Of a stretch of DNA of 64,000 nucleotides, positions 1 through 11,000 are shown in pieces. This DNA is from an uncultured Clostridium sp. GTDB taxonomy: Bacteria > Bacillota > Clostridia > TANB77 > CAG-508. The translations under genes and the position numbers were made by a program. The number at the start of each line of letters is the position of its first letter. Positions within the stretch are counted from its first letter, which is position 1. The DNA lies in NCBI GenBank assembly GCA_947427205.1, contig CANEHB010000006.1, positions 7,377 through 71,376 on the forward strand, written 5' to 3'. The notes under the pieces are model-generated. The model saw only the letters and a list, made by a program, of their open reading frames with translations. It did no database searches and had not been told where the DNA came from.

Positions 1-73
1 AAGTGTCATAATTTTCATATGCCTTTTTCGTTTCCTCATCTTGTATTCTATCTTTTATATTCATTTTCTTCAT
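1..73 (-). CDS. 5' part of a hypothetical protein running off the window (MKKMNIKDRIQDEETKKAYENYDT...)
   Basis: ATG at 73 preceded by a GGTGA Shine-Dalgarno; frame is open to the window edge. Confidence 0.6.
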   Translation of the reverse strand, partial: MKKMNIKDRIQDEETKKAYENYDT

Positions 74-101
74 ATGTATCACCAAATTTCTTTATATACT
101 A

Positions 102-140
102 TTACAGGATAAACCATTAAAGTAATAGTTTATCCTGTAA
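102..140 (-). terminator. Hairpin, probable terminator of the large surface-protein operon
   Basis: TTACAGGATAAAC...GTTTATCCTGTAA inverted repeat just downstream of the 2.6-kaa gene. Confidence 0.6.
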
Positions 141-199
141 AGCTGTGGCATTTGCTAATTAATTTTGCCTTTAAATTTTATAATCTACCACTTTTATTC

Positions 200-3100
200 T
201 TATCTTAATACTTTTTTCTTTATAATTACTATTCCTATTGCTAATATTGCTAATGCTGCAACTATAACTATTAAGATTTGTAATGATATTATACTTTGTG
301 CTTCAATACCTGTTGGTGGTGTGAATGTTACTAATTCTGTTGCACTTGTATCTCTTTCTTCTAGTGATATTTCAAATTCTCCAAGTTTTGGATTTGCATT
401 ACCTGGAACTGCAACTTCATCCCTTCTACCAACTGAGTTTTCTATTTTTACAATCTCTGTTATGTTATCATAATTTAAGTTGTCTGCATCATCTTCAGCA
501 GATACTGTTTTTGTAATTGTTAATCTAATTTGTGATTTATAAGCATTTTCATCTTGAACAAATGGTACTAACTTACTTTCAAATCCTGAATTGTGTAATT
601 GATCTCTTGCATCTGATACTTCTGTATCTATACTTAAGACTACATTATTTCTTTGTGATGTTATATAAGCAACTCCATTTTTGTCTATTAATTCATTTTC
701 TGTAGTTATATATTTGCTTAATAATCTATCTGCTTCATATCCACTTCCTGTTAGCTCTGTAACACTTGTGTTTTTCCAGCTATGGTCTGGTGCCATATTA
801 TTCTCTGTAGCAAATATTCCATCATTATCAACATAATCTACAATTTGGCGAACTTTTGTAGTAACTACTACATCTGATCCTGTATTTCCTGTATAATATG
901 TTGTTCCTAAGTATTCTCCAAGTTTAACTACACTATCAACTGTACTTGAATTTCTACTTTCTTCTTCTACTTTATTTGCTAAATTTAATATTTCATCTTT
1001 TACTTTTGTTCCATTATTTGTAGCTATTGTAGAAATTTCATTTTCTAACATATTACTTGTCATATCTACTTCACCAACATTTAATGCTGTCATTAAATAG
1101 TTAAGTTCTATAGTTGTACCTTGTAATATTGTATCATCTATATTGATAAATCTGAAGTTTTGTGTTCCTCCATTTGTTTCATCAATATATGTTAATTTAT
1201 TTTCATTTTTATCTATTGCTTGCATTACATCAGTTCCTATTGAAACTTCATTTAATTTTACATCAGCAACTAGATATTTTCCATCTATTTTTGCAATTAC
1301 GACTTTATCGTCTATGCTTCCAAATAAATCATTTCTTAATACATAATCAATATCATATGATGCATTGAAGATTACTCTTCCATCATTTGTTGTTAATTTA
1401 ATTGAACTTATTTCTTTATCTAAAACAACTTCTGTTTCAGGTCTTTGAATTAATCCACAATCAATATTATTAATTACATAATTTATTATTTCTTCTTGTA
1501 TTTTTACACTTCCATTTTCTAAAACTGTTCCTTGAATTTCTTCTTTTTGAACCCCACTTCCGAATTCTCTAATATTCAAGTTCATTTTAGCTGTGTCAGC
1601 AAACATATAGTAGTCATTATATAAGTCTGTATGATTTCCAGCTACATCATTTGCAGTTGCAAGTATTGTTCCATTTACATTTGTAATAACTTCTGATTTT
1701 GATGTTATCTCTAATCTTCTTGATTCACTATCTCTTGCATCTGAAACTTTAGCTTCTGCTAAACTCATGCTATCTAAATCATGCCATTCATTATTTAAAT
1801 ATCCATTAGAATCTGTGCTTGCAAATCCTACTTGATAAAGTGTTGTTCTATAATCTTGACCATTATAAACAGCTCCTGTAGCTCCTTCTTTATCTTCATC
1901 ATAATTTGCTACTAATATTTTGTCTGTTCCTGAATAACTTGTTCCATCTGCTTTTAAAGCTACAGCATCACCTGTTATTCCGAAAGTATCTTCTAATTTT
2001 GTTTTATCATTTCCATATAAGAATCTTACTACATAATTTCCTACTGGAACACCTGTAAATCCATACTCTCCAACGCCTACATTTTCTGATGCTACTCTTG
2101 ATGTTTCTGTAGTACTATCAAATCCTGTTAAGTATTCCATAGTTTTTCCACCTAAAGCATCTAATCCTTTGCTTGTTGGCCACAAGAAATCATATTCTGT
2201 ATATGTCATGCCATCTTTTACTTTTACTTTTTCGATAAGTTCTGTTGTTAATCCACCAATTAAAGCTTCATCATTATCATATAATCCATTACCCACTGAT
2301 TTTCCGTCTTCTGCTTTATCTTCCCAAGCTTTACCATTTAAACTTCTATCATCAGAAAGTAATGTTAATTCTAATACTGGTGCTGCATCTGTATCATCTT
2401 CATACCATGATTTCTCATTGTAGTTTCTAATATTTACGTTTGCTGGTGCAGAATCTCTATCTATTTTTCCTGCTATACTTCCATCTCTGTTAAATGTTGA
2501 ATAGTTTGATATTTCTACAACATTTGATTTTGTTCCAAGTTCAATAGCTTTTTGTACTCCATTTACATCAGTTTTTTCTAATGCAAATGTTACGAATATG
2601 TCTGCTCTTTCTCCACTTGCAAGTTTTAAATCTTTTAATTCTGTTTGCATTTTATTGTATGTTATTTTATCAGAACCTTTAATGCCTGTTTCTGTAACAT
2701 TCCAATTTACACCTGTTTTTGCACCTGAAGATGTTGTTAAGTATGATGCGTTTGCAACTTCTTTTAACTCATCTGTTTCTTTTCCATCTGTAGTTTGAAT
2801 ATATCTTTCTACTTTTGTATCAATTGGTTTTCCAAATGAACTATCAAAGTAGTCATCTACAGTATTAATTTGTGCTAAATACGTTGGTGATTCGTTATAT
2901 AAACTAATCTTATATGTTAGATATACTTCTAATTCTGTTGTATCTATTCCTAATCCTAAGTTTTTATAGAAGTTTTCTAATTTATCATATCCTGCTGTAT
3001 TAGAGTTTGCTTGATATATTTCAGCTCTATAATAGTAATCTGTTTTATATAATCCTAATTGATATTCGATTTTGTTTGCATCAGCATATGTTTGTCTACT

Positions 3101-6100
3101 ATAACAATCTTTACCAATATCATCTAATGTATTAAATTTGTAATTTAATAATCTATCATTTACTACTACTTTTGCAGAAACTAAATCTTTTGTAGCAGCT
3201 AAGTCTGCTTCTTCTCTTTTTACAAGTCCTAAGTTTATATGTAAGCAATAATTATATGTTGCTGAATACATATAGTATTGTACTAATCCAAGTTCACTTA
3301 TATAAGTATCATAACTTTGTAAGTGAATTTTATTATCAAATGGATATGTTAATCCACCTGTTGATGTTCTTGCTTTTGCTTTAAATACATCTAATGCTGT
3401 TCCATTTGCATTTGTTGTTACTACCTTTGATGCAATTCTTTGATTTCCATTTATAGAGCTTGAAGCCATTTCATAGTTAATAGCTTGTTCTCCTCTACTT
3501 CCTACTACTGCTCCTGTAGTATTTCCATTTCCGTCAATTGGTGTTTTTCCTTTAACTTCTTGTACTCTACTATTTACATCTTGTCTATCATAATCTAATG
3601 CCATTGAATCATTTGCCCAAGCATCTCTTCCTGATGTAGATGCACCTTTATATGCTCCTGCATCTCCATTTGATGTTGCTAAAAATTTTGTTGGTTCATA
3701 TGTTTGTCCATCATATACAAATTCTACATCATATGTTCCTTTTTGCATTTTTAAACTTGGTGCTTCCCAATGTCCATTATCTGTTGTTATTATAGGTTGA
3801 GAAATTTCTACTCCATCATCATATACAGTAGCTAAACCACCGTCACCATTATAAATATAAACTTCTACTCCACCTATACCTTCTTCATTACCATCTATTT
3901 TTCCATTAGGTACTGATTCCTCAGTATTTTTGCTATCTGGCTCTTGAGCTTTATCTTCCCATACATCTCCAGCAAGACTTATTGTTAAATCGATTATTGT
4001 AAGTGTTTCTAATCTGTTTGTTACAACTATTTCTAATCCATCAGTTATTTCAGCTCCGTTATTAGATATACCGATATTTTTCCATCCTGTTGGTATATTA
4101 TTTTCTACTACACTAACTGTTGGTGCATTATTTCCCCACCATTTAATATTTGGTGATGTATAAGTTTGACCACCTTGTAGTGATGTATTTATTACTCTTG
4201 TTGAGTTAACAACACTCTCTCCATTCATTTCAAATGTTCCTGAAATTGTAATTGTTAAATCAAAACTTGGTAATGCTAATCCATCTAGTAATTTTTCATC
4301 TGCTATTATTTCTTTTGTAACTTTAAAGTTACCATTTTTCTCGTCTTCTCTGTTTATTGCTACAACATTTACTGTAGCATTTGCACTTAATGTTCCTTCA
4401 GCGTTATCTATTCTTACTACACTTGAACCTTCTGGAAGGTCAATTTCTTCTACTTTGTATTTTGGTGCTCCAGATGCAACATCCCATTTAAATACATCTG
4501 ATTTATATGTTTGATTTGCTTTTATTTTTACTATATATGGTTCATATCCATCTACAGTAATTTTAAATGTATATTCATTATCTGTAGTTACACCATTTTC
4601 AATTTGTTTTGTTATTTGTAAATATCCTTGATCTTTTTTTGCTTCGTTTGTAAATGTAGCAACTGTTGCATTTGCTCCTGGTTTCATGTAACCAGTTGCA
4701 TTTAATATAGCTGTTGGTTTTGCAATATCAGATTCTAATTCTTCTACTGTATAACTTGGTGCTGCTAAACCATACCATTTTATTGTTCCAGAGCTCCATC
4801 TTTCTCCACCTTTTACTATAACATTTTCAAGTACTAATTCTTCTCCATTTCCAGTGTTTGGTCCATAAGAAACTCCATTATATTCAAAAGCTCCTCTTAA
4901 AGTTACTTTGAATTTAAATTCTTTTCCATTTAGAGATCCACTTGTTACTTTTTTATCAATAACTAAATCTCCTGAATTTTCTGTAAGTTTGTTTACAAAG
5001 CTATTATCTGTAGTTATTAAATAGCTATCTGTTTTACTTTCTTTTAATACTCCACTAATAGATGTTCCTGATTGTGTTCCATTTTCAGAACTTGCTGAAA
5101 CAAATTCTGCACCTTCTGGAATTTCAATCTCTTCTATTGTGTATTTCAAAGGTGATTCATCTTTTTTCCATGTAAATGCATTTGATGTGTATTCCCATAC
5201 ATAAGTATTATTTACCTTTTGAGGTTTTAATGAAACTATATATGGTTCATATCCATCTACTGATATTTTAAATTTGAATACTAATTCTTTTATATAATCT
5301 ACTGAATATTTATCAGCATTTTCTAGTGTTTTTATAATATGAATATATCCGGATTTTCCTCCATCTCTATTCCATGCTGTTACTTTTACAGAATCTGAAC
5401 CATTTACTTTATCTGATAAGAATCCTTTAGAAGGTTCTACTGAAGAAATTACATTTTCACCTAAAGTATTTTCTTCTACTACAAATTGTGGTGCTGATTT
5501 TCCATACCATGTAAACTCATCTGATACCCATTTTCCTACTTTTGAGCTATCCACATGAATTACAACAAAATTATTTTCATCATAATTTCCATTTGTAATT
5601 TCTACACTACTGTCATTAGTTAATTGGATTGTTTTATTTACATATTGTACACCTTTATAAATAAATTTTCCGCTTACTGTAACAACAAATTTATAATCTT
5701 TATCAACTAAAATATCTTCTACAACATTTTTAGTTAAATCAATTCTTCCTCTATGTTCTTCTGATGGTCTATTTACAATGTTATTTGTTACTATATTATC
5801 TTTTTGAGCATCACTTACTAATTTACCAGTTACTGATGTACCTGATACTGATACTTGTGTATCTGGGCTAGAAGCTGAAGCAAATTCTGTTCCTTCTGGG
5901 CAATCAACCTCTGTTATTGTATAATTTGGATTTTTTCCATGCTCCCAGAAATAATATCCTGAAGTATATTCCCATACAAAAGTATTATTCTTTCTTATAG
6001 GTGTTATTGATATTCTTTGAGTTTCATATCCATCTACAGAAATATCAAAGTTAAACTTCATTTTCATTATTTCATCTTCTTGATACATATCAGCATGTTC

Positions 6101-8086
6101 TAAAGTTTTTATAATACGTAATTTAGCTTTTTCTGGAGCTGGTGTGTTTATAGCTGTTACTACTACTTGTTGTTTAGCTACTAAACTTCCTGAAGATGGT
6201 ATTATAGAAATTACCTCTGCTTCATCTGATTTCATCTCAGATACTGAATATGTTGGTGCTGTTTCTCCATACCATTTTATTGTTCCAGAATTCCATGTTC
6301 CCACTCCACCATTTACTGTAAGTGTAGCAGTTATTGGAAGTGAAGCATTTTTATATTTTACACCATTATATTTGAATGTACCATTTAAAGTCACTGTAAA
6401 GTTAAATGTTTTGCCATCTAAGTTTACTTCTTTTCCATTTATAATTTTGTTTTGAACTTTTTTAACTATCTTTAAGCTTCCTTGATTCTCTTTTACGTTT
6501 GTTGCTATAACTTTTACTGTTCCATCTTCCTTTAAAGTTCCTGAATCATTTGTTATATCAACTTGTCTAAATCCATCTTTTGACATCTCTGTTACTGTAT
6601 ATGAAGGTGCTCCTGATTCTGCCATCCAATAATAAACTTTTGATGTTGCAGCACTTCCTGCTTTAACTTTTATTGTTTCTGATCCAGAATTTATTGCTCC
6701 ATCTACATTAACTCTAAAATAGAAGAATTTGTTTACATCACCAACTTCGTCTCCATCTTCGTCAACAACATCTTTTTCTATTCTTATTTTTCCACTTCTA
6801 ATATCTAATCTTCTATCTACTTCAATATATTCATACCATCTAGCAGCATTAATACCTAATGCTAATCTTTGTGATGGAAATTCTTTCATACTTGTTAATT
6901 TTAACCAATACTCTGTATGATCATATGAACTATGACTATTTCCTTCAGCATCTGTCCATGTATTATAATATGCTTTTGATTTTTCTTTCCATGTTGCTTT
7001 AAAATATGTTCCTTGTAAATCTTGATATACACCACAAGCATTCATATATCTAAATTGTGTTTTTATATTTGTTATTTTTGTTGCATTTTCTCTATAATTT
7101 AATTTGATATAGAATTTTTCATTTGCTAATGGATATTCAGATATATCTGGATCTGTTCTTTCTCCGTCAATCCATACAAATTCCCAGTCTGAGCCTAATT
7201 GTAAAGGTGTTGCTGAATCATCTGTATATATTTCCATTTTTGTAATTCCAGCAAATTGTACTTCTTCTCTTTCACCAAATTGTTCTGTAGAACCAACATA
7301 ATCTATTGCAAGTGGACCTATTTTCCAAGCATCTCCATCCCATGTAACTGTTGGTGTTTGATACTCTCCATCTGTTCTCCATTCTGGTTCATATTCAAAA
7401 TCAAATGCATTTTCAAATGTTTTATGTTCTCCATCTAATGTGTCAAATTCAACTGTTTTATGTTTTAACTCATCTGTACTTGCCACTTCTGCTGCTTCTA
7501 ATATATATGCTTCAAAAGCATCTGCTTCTTTTGACATATCATTTGCTGATACAGAATTTCCATGACTTCCTGCTTCAGTTGTCCACCAAGCAAATTGCTC
7601 ATAGTTAAGTTCACCCATTCCTTCAACTTTTATCATTTCTGATAAAATATATGCTTCTTTTGGTGTTGCTATTTCTGTTGAAGTTATTTTATATCTACCT
7701 ATTGTTTTATTAGTATATGTTGAATGTTCAAAAGGTGATCCTGATGTAGAACTTTTACGTAATATTTCTTTACCTATATCACTCATTGTTAGATGAGGAT
7801 AACTTACACCTTGAGGATCTGTTTTTACTTTTCCTATCCAATATGCTACTTCTGTTTGATTATCACTTGGAAGTGCTGTACCTTTTTGTGAACAGAATAC
7901 ATCATAGTAACTGTCTAAGTCACCAAAAGGTATATAACTTCCATTTGGATATGTATGTATATGTTCTGATTCTATTATTACTTCACCATATAATTTCTTA
8001 GCTACTGCGCTACATACTCCTATAGTGCTTAATATGACTAACATTAATATAAATAATGTAGAAACTTTACTTTTAAAATTCTTCAT
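200..8086 (-). CDS. Giant cell-surface adhesin: signal peptide, probable thioester domain, about 8 CnaB/DUF5979-like repeats, SdrD B-like domains, PPTG-TM-basic anchor
   Basis: ORF of about 2630 aa; FCSQKG, EQFAWW and SQRL motifs; repeats G-x-L-x-I-x-K...Y-x-V-x-E...N; GDVWED and GKAWED SdrD-B starts; ends FTPPTG-hydrophobic-KKKVLR; ATG at 8086 has an SD. Confidence 0.8.
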   Translation of the reverse strand: MKNFKSKVSTLFILMLVILSTIGVCSAVAKKLYGEVIIESEHIHTYPNGSYIPFGDLDSYYDVFCSQKGTALPSDNQTEVAYWIGKVKTDPQGVSYPHLTMSDIGKEILRKSSTSGSPFEHSTYTNKTIGRYKITSTEIATPKEAYILSEMIKVEGMGELNYEQFAWWTTEAGSHGNSVSANDMSKEADAFEAYILEAAEVASTDELKHKTVEFDTLDGEHKTFENAFDFEYEPEWRTDGEYQTPTVTWDGDAWKIGPLAIDYVGSTEQFGEREEVQFAGITKMEIYTDDSATPLQLGSDWEFVWIDGERTDPDISEYPLANEKFYIKLNYRENATKITNIKTQFRYMNACGVYQDLQGTYFKATWKEKSKAYYNTWTDAEGNSHSSYDHTEYWLKLTSMKEFPSQRLALGINAARWYEYIEVDRRLDIRSGKIRIEKDVVDEDGDEVGDVNKFFYFRVNVDGAINSGSETIKVKAGSAATSKVYYWMAESGAPSYTVTEMSKDGFRQVDITNDSGTLKEDGTVKVIATNVKENQGSLKIVKKVQNKIINGKEVNLDGKTFNFTVTLNGTFKYNGVKYKNASLPITATLTVNGGVGTWNSGTIKWYGETAPTYSVSEMKSDEAEVISIIPSSGSLVAKQQVVVTAINTPAPEKAKLRIIKTLEHADMYQEDEIMKMKFNFDISVDGYETQRISITPIRKNNTFVWEYTSGYYFWEHGKNPNYTITEVDCPEGTEFASASSPDTQVSVSGTSVTGKLVSDAQKDNIVTNNIVNRPSEEHRGRIDLTKNVVEDILVDKDYKFVVTVSGKFIYKGVQYVNKTIQLTNDSSVEITNGNYDENNFVVIHVDSSKVGKWVSDEFTWYGKSAPQFVVEENTLGENVISSVEPSKGFLSDKVNGSDSVKVTAWNRDGGKSGYIHIIKTLENADKYSVDYIKELVFKFKISVDGYEPYIVSLKPQKVNNTYVWEYTSNAFTWKKDESPLKYTIEEIEIPEGAEFVSASSENGTQSGTSISGVLKESKTDSYLITTDNSFVNKLTENSGDLVIDKKVTSGSLNGKEFKFKVTLRGAFEYNGVSYGPNTGNGEELVLENVIVKGGERWSSGTIKWYGLAAPSYTVEELESDIAKPTAILNATGYMKPGANATVATFTNEAKKDQGYLQITKQIENGVTTDNEYTFKITVDGYEPYIVKIKANQTYKSDVFKWDVASGAPKYKVEEIDLPEGSSVVRIDNAEGTLSANATVNVVAINREDEKNGNFKVTKEIIADEKLLDGLALPSFDLTITISGTFEMNGESVVNSTRVINTSLQGGQTYTSPNIKWWGNNAPTVSVVENNIPTGWKNIGISNNGAEITDGLEIVVTNRLETLTIIDLTISLAGDVWEDKAQEPDSKNTEESVPNGKIDGNEEGIGGVEVYIYNGDGGLATVYDDGVEISQPIITTDNGHWEAPSLKMQKGTYDVEFVYDGQTYEPTKFLATSNGDAGAYKGASTSGRDAWANDSMALDYDRQDVNSRVQEVKGKTPIDGNGNTTGAVVGSRGEQAINYEMASSSINGNQRIASKVVTTNANGTALDVFKAKARTSTGGLTYPFDNKIHLQSYDTYISELGLVQYYMYSATYNYCLHINLGLVKREEADLAATKDLVSAKVVVNDRLLNYKFNTLDDIGKDCYSRQTYADANKIEYQLGLYKTDYYYRAEIYQANSNTAGYDKLENFYKNLGLGIDTTELEVYLTYKISLYNESPTYLAQINTVDDYFDSSFGKPIDTKVERYIQTTDGKETDELKEVANASYLTTSSGAKTGVNWNVTETGIKGSDKITYNKMQTELKDLKLASGERADIFVTFALEKTDVNGVQKAIELGTKSNVVEISNYSTFNRDGSIAGKIDRDSAPANVNIRNYNEKSWYEDDTDAAPVLELTLLSDDRSLNGKAWEDKAEDGKSVGNGLYDNDEALIGGLTTELIEKVKVKDGMTYTEYDFLWPTSKGLDALGGKTMEYLTGFDSTTETSRVASENVGVGEYGFTGVPVGNYVVRFLYGNDKTKLEDTFGITGDAVALKADGTSYSGTDKILVANYDEDKEGATGAVYNGQDYRTTLYQVGFASTDSNGYLNNEWHDLDSMSLAEAKVSDARDSESRRLEITSKSEVITNVNGTILATANDVAGNHTDLYNDYYMFADTAKMNLNIREFGSGVQKEEIQGTVLENGSVKIQEEIINYVINNIDCGLIQRPETEVVLDKEISSIKLTTNDGRVIFNASYDIDYVLRNDLFGSIDDKVVIAKIDGKYLVADVKLNEVSIGTDVMQAIDKNENKLTYIDETNGGTQNFRFINIDDTILQGTTIELNYLMTALNVGEVDMTSNMLENEISTIATNNGTKVKDEILNLANKVEEESRNSSTVDSVVKLGEYLGTTYYTGNTGSDVVVTTKVRQIVDYVDNDGIFATENNMAPDHSWKNTSVTELTGSGYEADRLLSKYITTENELIDKNGVAYITSQRNNVVLSIDTEVSDARDQLHNSGFESKLVPFVQDENAYKSQIRLTITKTVSAEDDADNLNYDNITEIVKIENSVGRRDEVAVPGNANPKLGEFEISLEERDTSATELVTFTPPTGIEAQSIISLQILIVIVAALAILAIGIVIIKKKVLR

Positions 8087-8087
8087 A

Positions 8088-11000
8088 TTAAACACCCCCT
8101 TTTCTTTTAGCTAAGACAATTTTGTTATAAGCTATAAATATTACTATACTTCCTAATAATATTGTTGTTATTATTACTGAAATGTATATGAATGTTTCTC
8201 CTGTTTTTGCTGAAATAATTATATCTGCTGATCCTAGATCATTTTCACCTTGTGCTTTGTTTGCTGGTGTTGAATTATGATCTGAAATTCCATATATATT
8301 GTAATCTTCATATATCTCTGCTAAGTTATTTATAATACCTGCATTTTCAGCAGTCATTTGTCTTGTTAATACTAATTTAATTGTTGCAGATTCTCCAGGA
8401 GCTAATTCTCTATCAGCAAGAGCTGATGTGTAAAGATTTCCATCTGAACCTGTATACCAATTTGAGTTTTCTCCTAATGAAGAATTAAATGTCATACCAT
8501 CTGGTATGTAATCTACTATGTTTTTAGCATATCCAGAAACATCACCAATATTTGATACTGTTATTGCATATTCTACAATTACTGTAGAACCTGATAAATA
8601 TTTAGCTGCTATTTCTGTTTTTGCTAAATCAACATTATCGTATGTATCATTTGTTGTTCCTTTAACACTTTGTGTTGTTACTCTAGTTATTCCTTTATCT
8701 AGTTTTAAATCAAATGTATCTGCTAAAACTAAACCTATATCTATTCCTGATACACTACCATTTGCTATTGTTACAACATCTGTAATAGCACCATTTCTTG
8801 TTTTACCATCTTGTTCAAGTTTTGTTGTGATGGCATCAGAGTTAACATTTATTTCAACTCCGTCTTTTTTATATGCTGTTACTGTATATTTTACAGTGTC
8901 ATATTCAAATATTACTAAATAATTTCCATTTTCTATTCCTGAAAATGTATATGTACCATTAGTATCTGTTGTAGTAGAAGTTTGGATAACACCTGTTTCG
9001 CTGTTTACTAATCTTACTACTATTCCTGATAATAATTGTTCTCCTACATTTCTCATTCCATCTTTGTTTTCATCTACCCAAGCTGTACCTGATAATTTAT
9101 AAGTTTTTGATATATTACTATTTTGTGCTAATGAATTATTATTTGAAGAAGATTGAAGTTCACTTGCTACTATAGATTTCTCTGAAGCTTCAACAATATG
9201 TGTTACTGAATTTGTTTGCATTTCTTCTATTTCTTCTGAAGAAACTGTAGCAAAGTTTGTAACTGTTTTTTCTTGAACTCCACCTAAATTTGATGCAACA
9301 GCTTCAATATTTACTACTAATTCTTCTTTAGGTTTAATATTTGCCATTATAACAGCTTCTCTACTTGAAGAAACTTTTTTATTTCCCACTATTCCGTCTG
9401 AAATATATGTTATTTTTCTAACTGCTATTCCATCTGGAATTACATCTGTTAATTTAACATGGTCTGCAACTGCATCACCTTCATTTTTTACTGTAAATAT
9501 GTAATTTACTTTATCTCCTTCTTTTATATATGTGTCTGTATTTTCTGATACTTGAGTAATAACAAGTACTGGTCTACCAATAATAGTTAGAACTCTATTT
9601 GATTCATATGAATCTGTTTCATCAGCACTAACTTTTGCTATTAATTCAATATCTTTTTTAGTTATGCTTTCATCTATTTCATTTACTTTAATTGTAAATG
9701 TTAATGGTATATAAGCATATTCATTTAATGTATCAATTTTCCATGAAATTGTTCTTGTAGTTTCGTCATAATTTCCTTGAGCTATTTCAGTTGATGTTAA
9801 TCCATCTTCTTCATAACCAATTACTGCTGCTTTTACAAAACTAAAGTCTTCTGGTAATTCTTGAGTTACTACAACATTTTTCATTGTTTTCTCTGTTAAG
9901 TTTTCAACTCCTACATGGAATAAAACTTCATCTCCAGCTTTTTGAACATCTAAATCTTCATCTATATCTGATTTATTTTCTATAGTAATTTCAAATTCTG
10001 CTTCTGTTACTTTAATTTTATTTCCTTCGGCTGTTAGTGTAGCACCTAAATCTTTTGCTGATACACTAGCCTTTGGTTCTATACAGATTTCTGGAGCTTC
10101 TGTTATAACTTTTTCTTCTAATATATTTCCTTCTTCATCATATTTTATTATTTTATATTGTCCATCATATTCTCCAAAGCCTTCTGTTCCTCTATAATAT
10201 TCTTCAAGTGTTGGCATGTCGGCTGCTTTTAAATTTACTTTAAATTCTATTTTTTCATCTTTTTCTAAAATTGCTTTTGAAGCTTTTATAACTTCATCTT
10301 CTTTTACTATATCAATATTTTCATCTTCTATTTCATAAGAAACATACTCTGAAAATCTTGGAATGTTAAATTCTACATTTACATTTTCTGCTTTAGAATT
10401 TCCTACATTTGTTGCTACTACATTTACTTGAACTTCTGAAAATTCTTTAATTACTTCTTTATCTGATGAAACTTCTATTTTTAATTCTGGTCCTTCACCT
10501 GTTGTTAAACCTATTTTATCTGGACTTGTTTTCTCGTCTGTTACAGCAATTTCTGAATTATTTGTATAATATGCTAAAAATGTTCCATATATATTTTCAT
10601 TATGAGTTAAGTTTTCAGGAATTTCATATTCATATGTAAATCTTAAAATTTCTGCTTGTTCCATTTCATAATCTGATTCTACTGGTACTAATAAATATGA
10701 TCTAACTGCTTCTAAATTTTCTGGATTCATTTTCCATCCATTTGATAAATCCTCTAAATCTTTAGTTGCTTCTCCATTTTCTGAATAATATATATTAAAT
10801 AGGGCATTATTATGTGCATCTTGAACTATTCCACCTACTAATTTTGTGTCAAGTGTAGTTCCTAAATCTTCTCCTGTAGCTATATCTTTAACACCTTTGA
10901 AAGGTATTCTACCTAATATAGATACATTTGAAACTGTATTATTATTGTTATTCATTACAATAACTTCCATTGTTGCTGTTTTAGCTTCTGCATAAATATC

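Noticed and set aside
415-430. AGG (and CGA) as possible additional recoding codons
   Set aside because: Both occur in frame as Arg in intact genes (AGA AGG GAT here, CCT AGG GTT in rpoC, AAT CGA GAG at about 21785)
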